32,000 bases of DNA from Nitratidesulfovibrio vulgaris str. Hildenborough (GTDB lineage: Bacteria; Desulfobacterota; Desulfovibrionia; Desulfovibrionales; Desulfovibrionaceae): positions 2,190,001-2,222,000 of the forward strand of contig NC_002937.3 in the NCBI RefSeq assembly GCF_000195755.1. The letters run 5' to 3'. The notes under the pieces are model-generated. The model made no database searches, had not been told where the DNA came from, and saw only the letters and a list, made by a program, of their open reading frames with translations. Within the stretch, counting starts at the first letter, position 1; every line of letters begins with the position of its first letter. The position numbers and the translations under genes were made by a program. Below, piece after piece: positions 16,454 to 23,889 of this stretch.

Positions 16454-17356
16454 ATGAACCTGCGTGTGCTCAGATGCTTCGTCGAAGTCGTTCGCAACGG
16501 TGGTTTCTCAGCCGCAGCCCGCGTCGTCTGCGCCACACAGTCCACCGTCAGCAAGGCTGTGCGCAGTCTTGAAGACGAATATGGCACTCCGCTTCTCGAC
16601 CGCAGTAACGGTGTCGCCCTCACGGCGGCGGGTGAGACCGTGTACCGGCGCGCCCTCGCCATACTCGCCGAAAAAGAGGCCCTGGATGCCGAACTCGGGG
16701 CACAGCAGTCGCTACAGCACGGGACGCTGCGCTTCGGGGTGCCTCCCGTCGCGTGTGACAGGCTGTTCGCACGCCCCTTGAGCGCCTTTCATGCGCGCTA
16801 TCCGGGTATCCGCATGGAATTGCACGAAGCCGGATGCTACGCACTGGAAGAGATGGTGCTGCGCGGCGAACTTGAGATGGTTCTCGCCCTGCTGCCCGTG
16901 TCGGAGAGGTTCGAAACCGCGCCGCTGTGCGACGAACCCCTCATCGCCGTACTGCCTGAAGGCCACCCGCTGAGCGGTCGGCCCTGTATCCGGCTTGAAG
17001 ACCTCGATGGCAGTCCGTTCATCCAGTTCGAACAGGGGTTCGCCCTCAACCCGCGTATCCGGGACGCCTGCCTGCGTCGCGGCGTCAGCCTGCGCGAGAC
17101 CTTGTGCAGTTCACAGATGGCGTTCATAATCAGCCTTGTAGCCGCAGGGCTAGGGGTAGCGCTCATCCCGCGGCTGATGCTCGCGGAGGGGACGCCCGCC
17201 GGAGTGGTCACAGCGCATCTCGACGCGGACGACCTCCGGTGGCAGGGGGCGCTCGCATGGCGCAAGGGGCACGCGCTCTCGCCGCCTGCCAGGGCATGGC
17301 TGGACATCATGGCAGAGATGCCGCCCCGGCTTTCGCCCGACATGGGCCAGACGTGA
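16454..17356 (+). CDS. LysR-family transcriptional regulator
   Basis: Track ORF of 300 aa. The N-terminal wHTH is MNLRVLRCFVEVVRNGGFSAAARVVCATQSTVSKAVRSLEDEYGTPLLDR, followed by a LysR substrate-binding-type C-terminal region. It is divergent from lctP. Confidence 0.9.
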   Translation: MNLRVLRCFVEVVRNGGFSAAARVVCATQSTVSKAVRSLEDEYGTPLLDRSNGVALTAAGETVYRRALAILAEKEALDAELGAQQSLQHGTLRFGVPPVACDRLFARPLSAFHARYPGIRMELHEAGCYALEEMVLRGELEMVLALLPVSERFETAPLCDEPLIAVLPEGHPLSGRPCIRLEDLDGSPFIQFEQGFALNPRIRDACLRRGVSLRETLCSSQMAFIISLVAAGLGVALIPRLMLAEGTPAGVVTAHLDADDLRWQGALAWRKGHALSPPARAWLDIMAEMPPRLSPDMGQT

Positions 17357-17532
17357 CCGTCTGTGCCCTGTCCCCCCGAGCATGCCCTTGCTGCCTGCCC
17401 CGCACGATGACCTGCCGCCCAGCCAGCAGTGAGGCAAGGTACCGAGTCTGCACCGGCGCAACTGCCCGCAGCAGGACGACCTGCCGCCGGACTCGCGGAA
17501 AACGCACAAAACTCTCCGCACCATGGAGCATC

Positions 17533-17772
17533 ATGATGGAAATCTACGACGTCGACTTCGTGCAAACCCCGAACATGGATGGCAACAAGGGCTCGCTCTT
17601 CGTGGATGCCACCCTCGACACGGGCGATGACGCGATGCGCATTCACCGCGGCGTTCCCGAAAGCCTCTACGAAGCATGGGAAAAGGATGGCTTCTCTGTG
17701 GCCATGTACCTGCGTGACATCCAGAACGCCTTTCCCTTCACCGAAGAGTCGGATGACGAGGACGACGAATAA
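17533..17772 (+). CDS. Small acidic hypothetical protein (79 aa), possibly KTSC-like
   Basis: This is the 3' part of track ORF 17104..17772. ATG 17533 has GGAG 6 nt upstream. The sequence is MMEIYDVDFVQTPNMDGNKGSLFVDATLDTGDDAMRIHRGVPESLYEAWEKDGFSVAMYLRDIQNAFPFTEESDDEDDE. The GVPESLYEAW segment recalls KTSC-domain proteins, but the assignment is weak. Confidence 0.5.
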   Translation: MMEIYDVDFVQTPNMDGNKGSLFVDATLDTGDDAMRIHRGVPESLYEAWEKDGFSVAMYLRDIQNAFPFTEESDDEDDE

Positions 17773-18025
17773 CGCCTGACCACGCCAGCCCGCCGCAGTG
17801 AAAGGCCCGGTTCACCGAAGCCCCGGATGCGGGGGGATGCACGGCTGACACCCGGCGCGGCAGGGGGCGACCCTGCCTGCGGGCCTTTCCGCATGCCATG
17901 CCGTTTGAGCCCCTACCGGTGTACCAAACGTCGCACAAGGTACGACCGTCCCGCTGCCGTCAGCCTCTGCCCCCTGAAGCTGAAGCCCGGCATCCGGCAA
18001 ATTCGCAAAGGGTCTTCAGAGCACA

Positions 18026-18057
18026 AAAGGGCCGCCCGTTCACACGGGCGGCCCTTT
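18026..18057. terminator. Bidirectional rho-independent terminator candidate
   Basis: aaagggccgcccg-ttcaca-cgggcggcccttt is a perfect 13-bp stem with A/T tracts on both sides. It lies 27 nt downstream of the permease stop codon. Confidence 0.8.
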
Positions 18058-18083
18058 GCACATCTGACACGTCTTCGCGAATG

Positions 18084-19412
18084 CTAGTGCGAACGCAACG
18101 CGAAGTTGAAGATGAAGGCGATGGCGATGAGCCACATCACCGGGCTCACCTCGCGGGCACGGCCCGAACACGTCTTGACGAAGGCATAGCTGATGAAGCC
18201 GAAACCGAAGCCGCTGGCGATGCTGAAGGTAAGCGGCATCATGACGATGGTCATGAACGCGGGAAACGCCTCGGTGAAGTCGGTGAAGTCCACATGCCGC
18301 ACTTCCATCATCATGAGTGCACCGACGATGACCAGCGCGGGCGCCGTGGCGAAGGCGGGCACAAGGCCCACCAGCGGGGCGAAGACGAGTGCGAACATGA
18401 ACAGTATCGCCGTCACCACGGCGGCGAGACCCGTACGGGCACCTTCGGCGATGCCCGCCGCACTCTCGACATAGCTGGTGACAGTCGAAGTGCCGAGAAA
18501 GCTGCTGAGAACCGTTCCCACGGAGTCGGTCACCAGTGCCTTGTCGAGGTTGGGGATGTGCCCCTTGTCATCCATCAGTCCGGCCTTGCGGCTGAGTCCG
18601 ATGAGCGTACCCATGTTGTCGAACAGGTCGACGATGGTGAACGTGAAGAGAATGGAGAACAGCCCGTACTTGATGGCACCCATGATGTCGAGTTGCATCA
18701 GGGTGGGGGTGAGGCTGGGCAGGTTGAAACTCATGACCGAATCCATGCCCGTGGGCATGGGCACGGCACCCACGGCCATGCCAAGGCCCGTGGTGACGAG
18801 GATGCCGATGAGAATGGCGCCACGCACGTTGCGCGCCATGAGTACCGCCGTGAGGATGAGGCCGGTGCAGGCGAGCAGGGGTTCAGCCTTGGCGAGGTTG
18901 CCCGTGGTCACGAAGGTGGCGGGGTTGGACACCACGATACCCGCGCTCTTGAGGCCGATGAAGGCGATGAAGAGGCCGATGCCCACCACGATGGAACACT
19001 TGAGGTTCATGGGCACGGCGTCGATGATGATCTGCCGCACCCGCGTGACCGTCAGCAGCAGGAATATCACGCCGGAGATGAACACCGCCCCGAGTGCGAC
19101 CTGCCACGGGAGTCCCAGTACGCCGCACACATAATAGGCGAAAAAGGCGTTGAGCCCCATGCCGGGGGCCACAGCCACAGGGAAGTTGGCCCACAGGCCC
19201 ATGAGCAGGGTCGTCGCCGTGGCGGCCCATATGGTGGAGGCAATGGCTGCCTCCTTGGGGATGCCGGCATCGGCGAGGATGCTCGGATTGACGAAGATGA
19301 TATAGGAGACGGCGACGAACGTGGTAATGCCGCCGAGGATTTCTGTCCGTACCGTAGACCCTTTCTCGCGTATCCTGAACAACCGTTCGAGAACGCCCGC
19401 TGCACCTGCCAT
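18084..19412 (-). CDS. NCS2-family purine (adenine/guanine/hypoxanthine, AzgA/PbuG-like) permease
   Basis: Track ORF 18084..19511. The sequence LERLFRIREKGSTVRTEILGGITTFVAVSYIIFVNPSILADAGIP...FPVAVAPGMGLNAFFAY is characteristic of this family. Start moved to ATG 19412 (MAGAAGVLERLF), which has AAGGAG 7 nt upstream. Confidence 0.85.
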   Translation of the reverse strand: MAGAAGVLERLFRIREKGSTVRTEILGGITTFVAVSYIIFVNPSILADAGIPKEAAIASTIWAATATTLLMGLWANFPVAVAPGMGLNAFFAYYVCGVLGLPWQVALGAVFISGVIFLLLTVTRVRQIIIDAVPMNLKCSIVVGIGLFIAFIGLKSAGIVVSNPATFVTTGNLAKAEPLLACTGLILTAVLMARNVRGAILIGILVTTGLGMAVGAVPMPTGMDSVMSFNLPSLTPTLMQLDIMGAIKYGLFSILFTFTIVDLFDNMGTLIGLSRKAGLMDDKGHIPNLDKALVTDSVGTVLSSFLGTSTVTSYVESAAGIAEGARTGLAAVVTAILFMFALVFAPLVGLVPAFATAPALVIVGALMMMEVRHVDFTDFTEAFPAFMTIVMMPLTFSIASGFGFGFISYAFVKTCSGRAREVSPVMWLIAIAFIFNFALRSH

Positions 19413-20046
19413 CACGTCTGCTCCTTGATTGATTCGCGAAAGACGCCACACCCGTGCAGCGCCACCCTGACGTTCCAGCGGCGCGGGGTAGCCCTCCCCT
19501 GCCGCGGACACGTCCGCCTACACTGCATCTGCCATGATGACAAGACGCAAACGGGCCATGTCCCCGTGAACGGCTACGTCTTTGGCGTGCCCTTTCAGCA
19601 GGCCCGTCTGCACACCAGGGTCACAGGTATCGTGAAGCGCCCCGCCAGCCACATCATGCAGTCTACGGGCAGACACGCCGGAAAACCCGTGCTTCCGTTT
19701 CATCATGCCGAAAGCACCGGACATCAGGGGGGGCAAACAGGGTGCTCAACGTCACAACCGATTGCCCCAAGTACCCATCGATGCACCATTATTTTCATCC
19801 CGCGGCCCGCCCCACCACCGGTCACGGCCGACACGTGCCCCCCCGTCGTCGCAAGCCGTCACATTCCGTCTGATTTCCGGCTGTTGACCGCAAAGATGCA
19901 TGTTCTCATGGACGTCCATCGAAGCCGGGGCTAGGCTTTCTGAAGATGGCATGAGGGTCAAACCAGCTGCTATCCACCCTGAAACATTGTCTGCTCGCCC
20001 GTTTCGGTCTACACATGCCCCTCTATCCAGCCACAAGAGAGGAACG

Positions 20047-21435
20047 ATGAAAGGGCATATCCTGCTTATCGAAGACGACACAGCCTTTCAGGGTATGCTC
20101 CGTGAAGCCCTCGAAGAACGCGGCTACCGCGTCACCGCCGTCAACCGCGCCGAAGACGGGGTGCGCATCGTGCGTAGCGGAGACTTCGACCTTGTGCTCA
20201 CCGACGTGATGCTGCCCGGCATATCGGGTGTCGAGGCCATCCCCCGCCTGCGTGAAGCCGCCCCCGGGACGGACATCGTCGTGATGACCGCGTTCTCCAC
20301 ACGTGAACTCGCGCTGGAGGCGGTCAAGCTGGGGGCCTACGACTTCTTCTCGAAGCCTTTCAGTCTCAAGGAACTGGACATCGTCATACGCCGCGCCATG
20401 GAGAAGCGGCGTATGCAGGGTGAAATCGTGGCGCTTCGAGAGACACTGCGCCGCGACACGCCCACCAGTCGCATCGTGGGCGAAAGCCGCGCCATGCGCG
20501 ACGTGAAGGCGCTTCTCGAACGCATCGCCCCGCTGGAGAGCACCGTTCTCATCATGGGAGAATCGGGTACCGGAAAGGAACTCATCGCCGATACCATCCG
20601 CGCCCTCTCGCCCCGCGCCGCCAATCCTTTCGTCAAGGTCAACTGCGCCGCCATCCCTGAACACCTGTTCGAGAACGAACTTTTCGGCCACGAGAAGGGG
20701 GCGTTCACGGGGGCTGCCACTGCCATGCCGGGCAAATTCGAGCAGGCGCAGGGCGGCATGATCATGCTCGACGAAATCGGCGACATGCCCCTCGCCATCC
20801 AGCCGAAGCTTCTGCGCGTCGTCGAGCAGAAACAGGTCGAACGCCTCGGCGGACGCGCCCCTGTGCCGCTCGACGTGCGCATCATCGCCGCCACCAACCA
20901 GAATCTTGCTGAACGGGTACGCGAGAAGGCCTTCCGCGAAGACCTGTACTACCGCCTCAGCGTAGCTGTGGTTCTCATTCCCCCGCTACGCGACCGCAAG
21001 GACGACATCCCGCTGCTGGCCCAGTATTTCGTGAACAAGCTGGAAGGTACGCTGGGCCTTCCGGTGCATGGACTCTCTCCCGACGCCATCGCCGTACTCA
21101 TGGACCATGACTGGCCGGGCAACGTCCGCCAGCTTGCCAACGTACTCGAACGCGCAGCCATCGCAGCCGACGGGCTCATCTGCGCCCGCGATGTCATGGC
21201 GGCCATTGGCACGGCGCGCGGTTCGAACGTCGACAAGGCGACACTGTCCGGCATGGACCTCAAGACGACCCTTCGCATGGTCGAACGCAACCTGATTCTC
21301 GACGCGTTGCGCCGCTGCCACGGGCGGCAGACCGAAGCCGCCGTGCTGCTTGGGCTGACCCCCAAGAACCTGTGGGCCAAACTCCGCAAGCACGGCATCC
21401 GTGCGGGCACGGAAGACCTGCTCCAACAAACGTAG
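20047..21435 (+). CDS. NtrC-family sigma-54-dependent response regulator (receiver + AAA+ + HTH)
   Basis: In frame with track ORF 19900..21435. ATG 20047 has GAGAGGA upstream. The receiver reads MKGHILLIEDD...DLVLTDVMLPG...SKPF. Walker A is GESGTGKE, a canonical GAFTGA is present, and the C-terminal HTH is QTEAAVLLGLTPKNLWAKLRKHGI. Confidence 0.9.
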   Translation: MKGHILLIEDDTAFQGMLREALEERGYRVTAVNRAEDGVRIVRSGDFDLVLTDVMLPGISGVEAIPRLREAAPGTDIVVMTAFSTRELALEAVKLGAYDFFSKPFSLKELDIVIRRAMEKRRMQGEIVALRETLRRDTPTSRIVGESRAMRDVKALLERIAPLESTVLIMGESGTGKELIADTIRALSPRAANPFVKVNCAAIPEHLFENELFGHEKGAFTGAATAMPGKFEQAQGGMIMLDEIGDMPLAIQPKLLRVVEQKQVERLGGRAPVPLDVRIIAATNQNLAERVREKAFREDLYYRLSVAVVLIPPLRDRKDDIPLLAQYFVNKLEGTLGLPVHGLSPDAIAVLMDHDWPGNVRQLANVLERAAIAADGLICARDVMAAIGTARGSNVDKATLSGMDLKTTLRMVERNLILDALRRCHGRQTEAAVLLGLTPKNLWAKLRKHGIRAGTEDLLQQT

Positions 21436-21807
21436 AGTCCCGCGCAAGCCCCCCATACGCCAACCGTTGTCAGGCCGCCGGGTCGGGGGGAGGCTTTCCG
21501 GGGGCGCCCTTCTCCGGCATCCCTCCAACCATCAGGCTACGCTACGCCCGGTGACCGCCTCCGCGTCGAGGAACAGTGAGGCTCGCGCACCGGGCCACTC
21601 TACAAATCATAGATGCCCATCGCCCTGTCACGCCTCATCTTTCAGCTGTCCCCCCTCTGACGACACGCCCGTAATCTACAGAACGTAGACAAAACGTGGC
21701 CCCTTCCGGGACTGAAGGCCGACGCGGCACGTCACGCCCATCTCCCCTTCCAAAAAAAAACATCCTGAACAGCATGTTATGCAAGAGCATGTCCTTTCGA
21801 TCGCGTT

Positions 21808-21823
21808 TGGCATGAGGGTTGCT
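21808..21823 (+). promoter_or_regulatory. Near-consensus sigma-54 promoter upstream of flp1
   Basis: TGGCATgagggTTGCT against the consensus TGGCAC-N5-TTGCW. It lies 61 nt upstream of ATG 21884. An A9 tract is at 21752-21760 and an AGCATGT direct repeat is at 21771 and 21786. Confidence 0.75.
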
Positions 21824-21883
21824 CATACGGTTTCAACCGGGCCGGAGTCCACCCCCCGGCAACCGCAGCCAACGAGGCACACA

Positions 21884-22060
21884 ATGAACGCCATCATGCA
21901 AAGACTGTTCAAGGAAGAGACCGGCGCCACCGCACTCGAATACGGCCTTATCGCCGCCCTCATCGCCGCCGTCATCGTCGCCGCCGTCACAGCACTCGGT
22001 ACCAAGGTAAGCGCGACCTTCTCGTACATCGACTCCAAGATGCCCACCCCCGGCCAGTAA
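21884..22060 (+). CDS. flp: Flp-family type IVb pilin (58 aa prepilin)
   Basis: In frame with track ORF 21779..22060. The sequence is MNAIMQRLFKEETG/ATALEYGLIAALIAAVIVAAVTALGTKVSATFSYIDSKMPTPGQ, with the Flp motif G/xxxxEY followed by a hydrophobic helix. GAGG lies upstream. Confidence 0.9.
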   Translation: MNAIMQRLFKEETGATALEYGLIAALIAAVIVAAVTALGTKVSATFSYIDSKMPTPGQ

Positions 22061-22100
22061 GGCGCGGCGGACACAAACCACAAGACAAAGGGGAAAAGCC

Positions 22101-22274
22101 ATGAAGACCATCATTCGTCTGTTCAAGGAAGAGGAAGGGGCCACTGCACTCGAATACGGACTCATCGCCGCCCTCATAGCCGCCGTCATCGTCGCTGCCG
22201 TCACTGCACTCGGTACCAAGGTGAGCTCCACCTTCTCGTACATCGACTCCAAGATGCCCACCCCCGGTCAGTAA
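22101..22274 (+). CDS. flp: Second Flp-family pilin (57 aa); below the ORF-track length cutoff
   Basis: Hand translation gives MKTIIRLFKEEEG/ATALEYGLIAALIAAVIVAAVTALGTKVSSTFSYIDSKMPTPGQ, then a stop codon. AAGGGGA lies upstream of the ATG. Confidence 0.88.
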   Translation: MKTIIRLFKEEEGATALEYGLIAALIAAVIVAAVTALGTKVSSTFSYIDSKMPTPGQ

Positions 22275-22304
22275 CACCAATCCCGACGGACCCCATGCCG
22301 CTCC

Positions 22305-22342
22305 CGAAGGGGCCGGAGCATGCCCCCTGCCCGGCCCCTTCG
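22305..22342 (+). terminator. Strong hairpin after the pilin genes (partial terminator/attenuator or mRNA-stabilising stem candidate)
   Basis: cgaaggggccgg-(14 nt)-ccggccccttcg is a 12-bp GC-rich stem, 31 nt after the flp2 stop. No U-tract follows. Confidence 0.5.
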
Positions 22343-22494
22343 TAACGTCCAAAGCACTGGACACGACACGTAATCATGGATTGACCAGACGTTACGGCCT
22401 ACATTCGGACACTGGTGGAGAAGCATGTCATGCCAGCCACCTGCCCAGATGCCCCTGGAGACGACCGGAACACCGAAATGGAAAAGGAGACGAC

Positions 22495-23061
22495 ATGGAC
22501 GGCATCATCATACCTGTCCTCGGGGTCATTCTCCTCATCGCGGTCGTCACCGACATACGGTCGATGCGCATCCCCAACTGGCTCACCTTTCCGGCGATGC
22601 TGATGGGACTGGGCTACCACACGGCCATGCGCGGGCTGGACGGCCTGCTCTTTTCTGCTGGCGGCCTCGCCCTTGGCGGGGCATTGATGCTGCTGCCCTT
22701 CATCCTCCGGGTCATGGGCGCAGGCGACGTGAAGCTCATGGCGGCCGCCGGGGCCTTTCTCGGAACACGAGGGGTTCTTTCGGCATTCATCTGGACCAGC
22801 CTTGCGGGCGGCCTCTACGCCCTTGTCGTCCTCCTGTTCCACCTTCCGCAACTGATGGCCATCCTGCGGGCAGTGGTCGCCAGCGTGCGGTTCATGTCCG
22901 TCACGGGTAAGCTTTCATACATTCCGGCCACCAAGGACGCACGTCTGCCACGCCTCTGCTACGGCGTGGCCATCGCGGCCGGAACGACGTTCTCGATGCT
23001 GCTTTCCTCCGGGCTGCTTCCGGAGGCATGGTTTCCTGTCCAGTGGTTAACGGCGTTGTAG
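22495..23061 (+). CDS. tadV: Prepilin peptidase, A24 family (TadV/CpaA-like)
   Basis: In frame with track ORF 22381..23061. ATG 22495 has AAGGAGA upstream. The protein is polytopic and carries the two catalytic Asp contexts VVTDIRSMRIPN and GAGDVKLMAAAG. Confidence 0.85.
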   Translation: MDGIIIPVLGVILLIAVVTDIRSMRIPNWLTFPAMLMGLGYHTAMRGLDGLLFSAGGLALGGALMLLPFILRVMGAGDVKLMAAAGAFLGTRGVLSAFIWTSLAGGLYALVVLLFHLPQLMAILRAVVASVRFMSVTGKLSYIPATKDARLPRLCYGVAIAAGTTFSMLLSSGLLPEAWFPVQWLTAL

Positions 23062-23070
23062 GGGGTCTCC

Positions 23071-23889
23071 ATGCGCAGGACGGCAGTGATACAGGTCATA
23101 GCGGCACTGGTGCTGGCCCTCGTGGCAGGCGTTCTGGTGTTCCGCTTCGTGCAGGTCAACCGGGTGGCGCAGCAGACGCAACAGCCCCCCGGAGTCGTGC
23201 TCGTCGTCGCCGCCGTCGATATGGAGAAGGGTGCGAAGATACGCGCCGACCAGCTCAAGACATCGACCTTTCTCTCCGCATCCGCCCCTCCCGGCGGATT
23301 CACTGATGCGAAGTCCCTCGTCGGCAGGGTGCTGGCAACCCCCGTCACGACCGGTGAGGTCATCACCGAGACCCGCCTGCTGCCCGCCGACGCGACCTCC
23401 GGCGGGGTGAGCACCATGATCGCCCCCGGAATGCGCGCCGTGGCAGTCAAAGGCAACAAGGTCATGGGTCTTGCTGGGTTCATTCGCCCCGGCAACCGGG
23501 TCGACATCATGGTCACCATCGACGACGAGACCCGTGAGAAGGCCAAGGCGCGGACGAAGGTCATCCTCGCGGGCATCAAGGTGCTGGCTACCGGCACCGA
23601 ACTGCGGCAGGAGGGAGACGACACGGCGACATCGCCCGTGGAGGTCTACACCCTCGAAGTCACCCCTGAACAGGCCGAGCTGCTCTCGCTTGCCGCCTCA
23701 CGAGGCGAACTGCACTTCGCGCTCCGCAACCCCGCCGACGACCTGCCCGTACGGACGGCCGGCACCGACGTTCCGGCCACGCTCAGGCAGTTGCAGGGTG
23801 GAGACAACGGCACCCCGCGCCGCGACCGGGGTTTCAAGGTCGAGATCATCTCCGGCACCGAACGGTCAACGATGAGGATCGAACGATGA
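23071..23889 (+). CDS. cpaB: Flp pilus assembly protein CpaB/RcpC (N-terminal TM + SAF-like + RcpC domain)
   Basis: Track ORF of 272 aa. The N-terminal anchor is VIQVIAALVLALVAGVLVF. VVAAVDMEKGAKIRADQL is a SAF-type segment. The gene sits between the peptidase and the secretin. Confidence 0.8.
   Translation: MRRTAVIQVIAALVLALVAGVLVFRFVQVNRVAQQTQQPPGVVLVVAAVDMEKGAKIRADQLKTSTFLSASAPPGGFTDAKSLVGRVLATPVTTGEVITETRLLPADATSGGVSTMIAPGMRAVAVKGNKVMGLAGFIRPGNRVDIMVTIDDETREKAKARTKVILAGIKVLATGTELRQEGDDTATSPVEVYTLEVTPEQAELLSLAASRGELHFALRNPADDLPVRTAGTDVPATLRQLQGGDNGTPRRDRGFKVEIISGTERSTMRIER

Noticed and set aside
19413-19900. Possible purine riboswitch or leader in the long region upstream of the purine permease
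   Set aside because: I read the minus-strand leader and could not find the conserved purine-riboswitch core (junction and loop-loop motifs). It is GC-rich with no convincing three-way junction. A covariance-model scan would be needed to exclude this formally.
17898-19934. 678-aa plus-strand ORF
   Set aside because: It is antisense to the NCS2 purine permease. Its composition is charged and low-complexity, and it crosses the strong terminator hairpin at 18026-18057.
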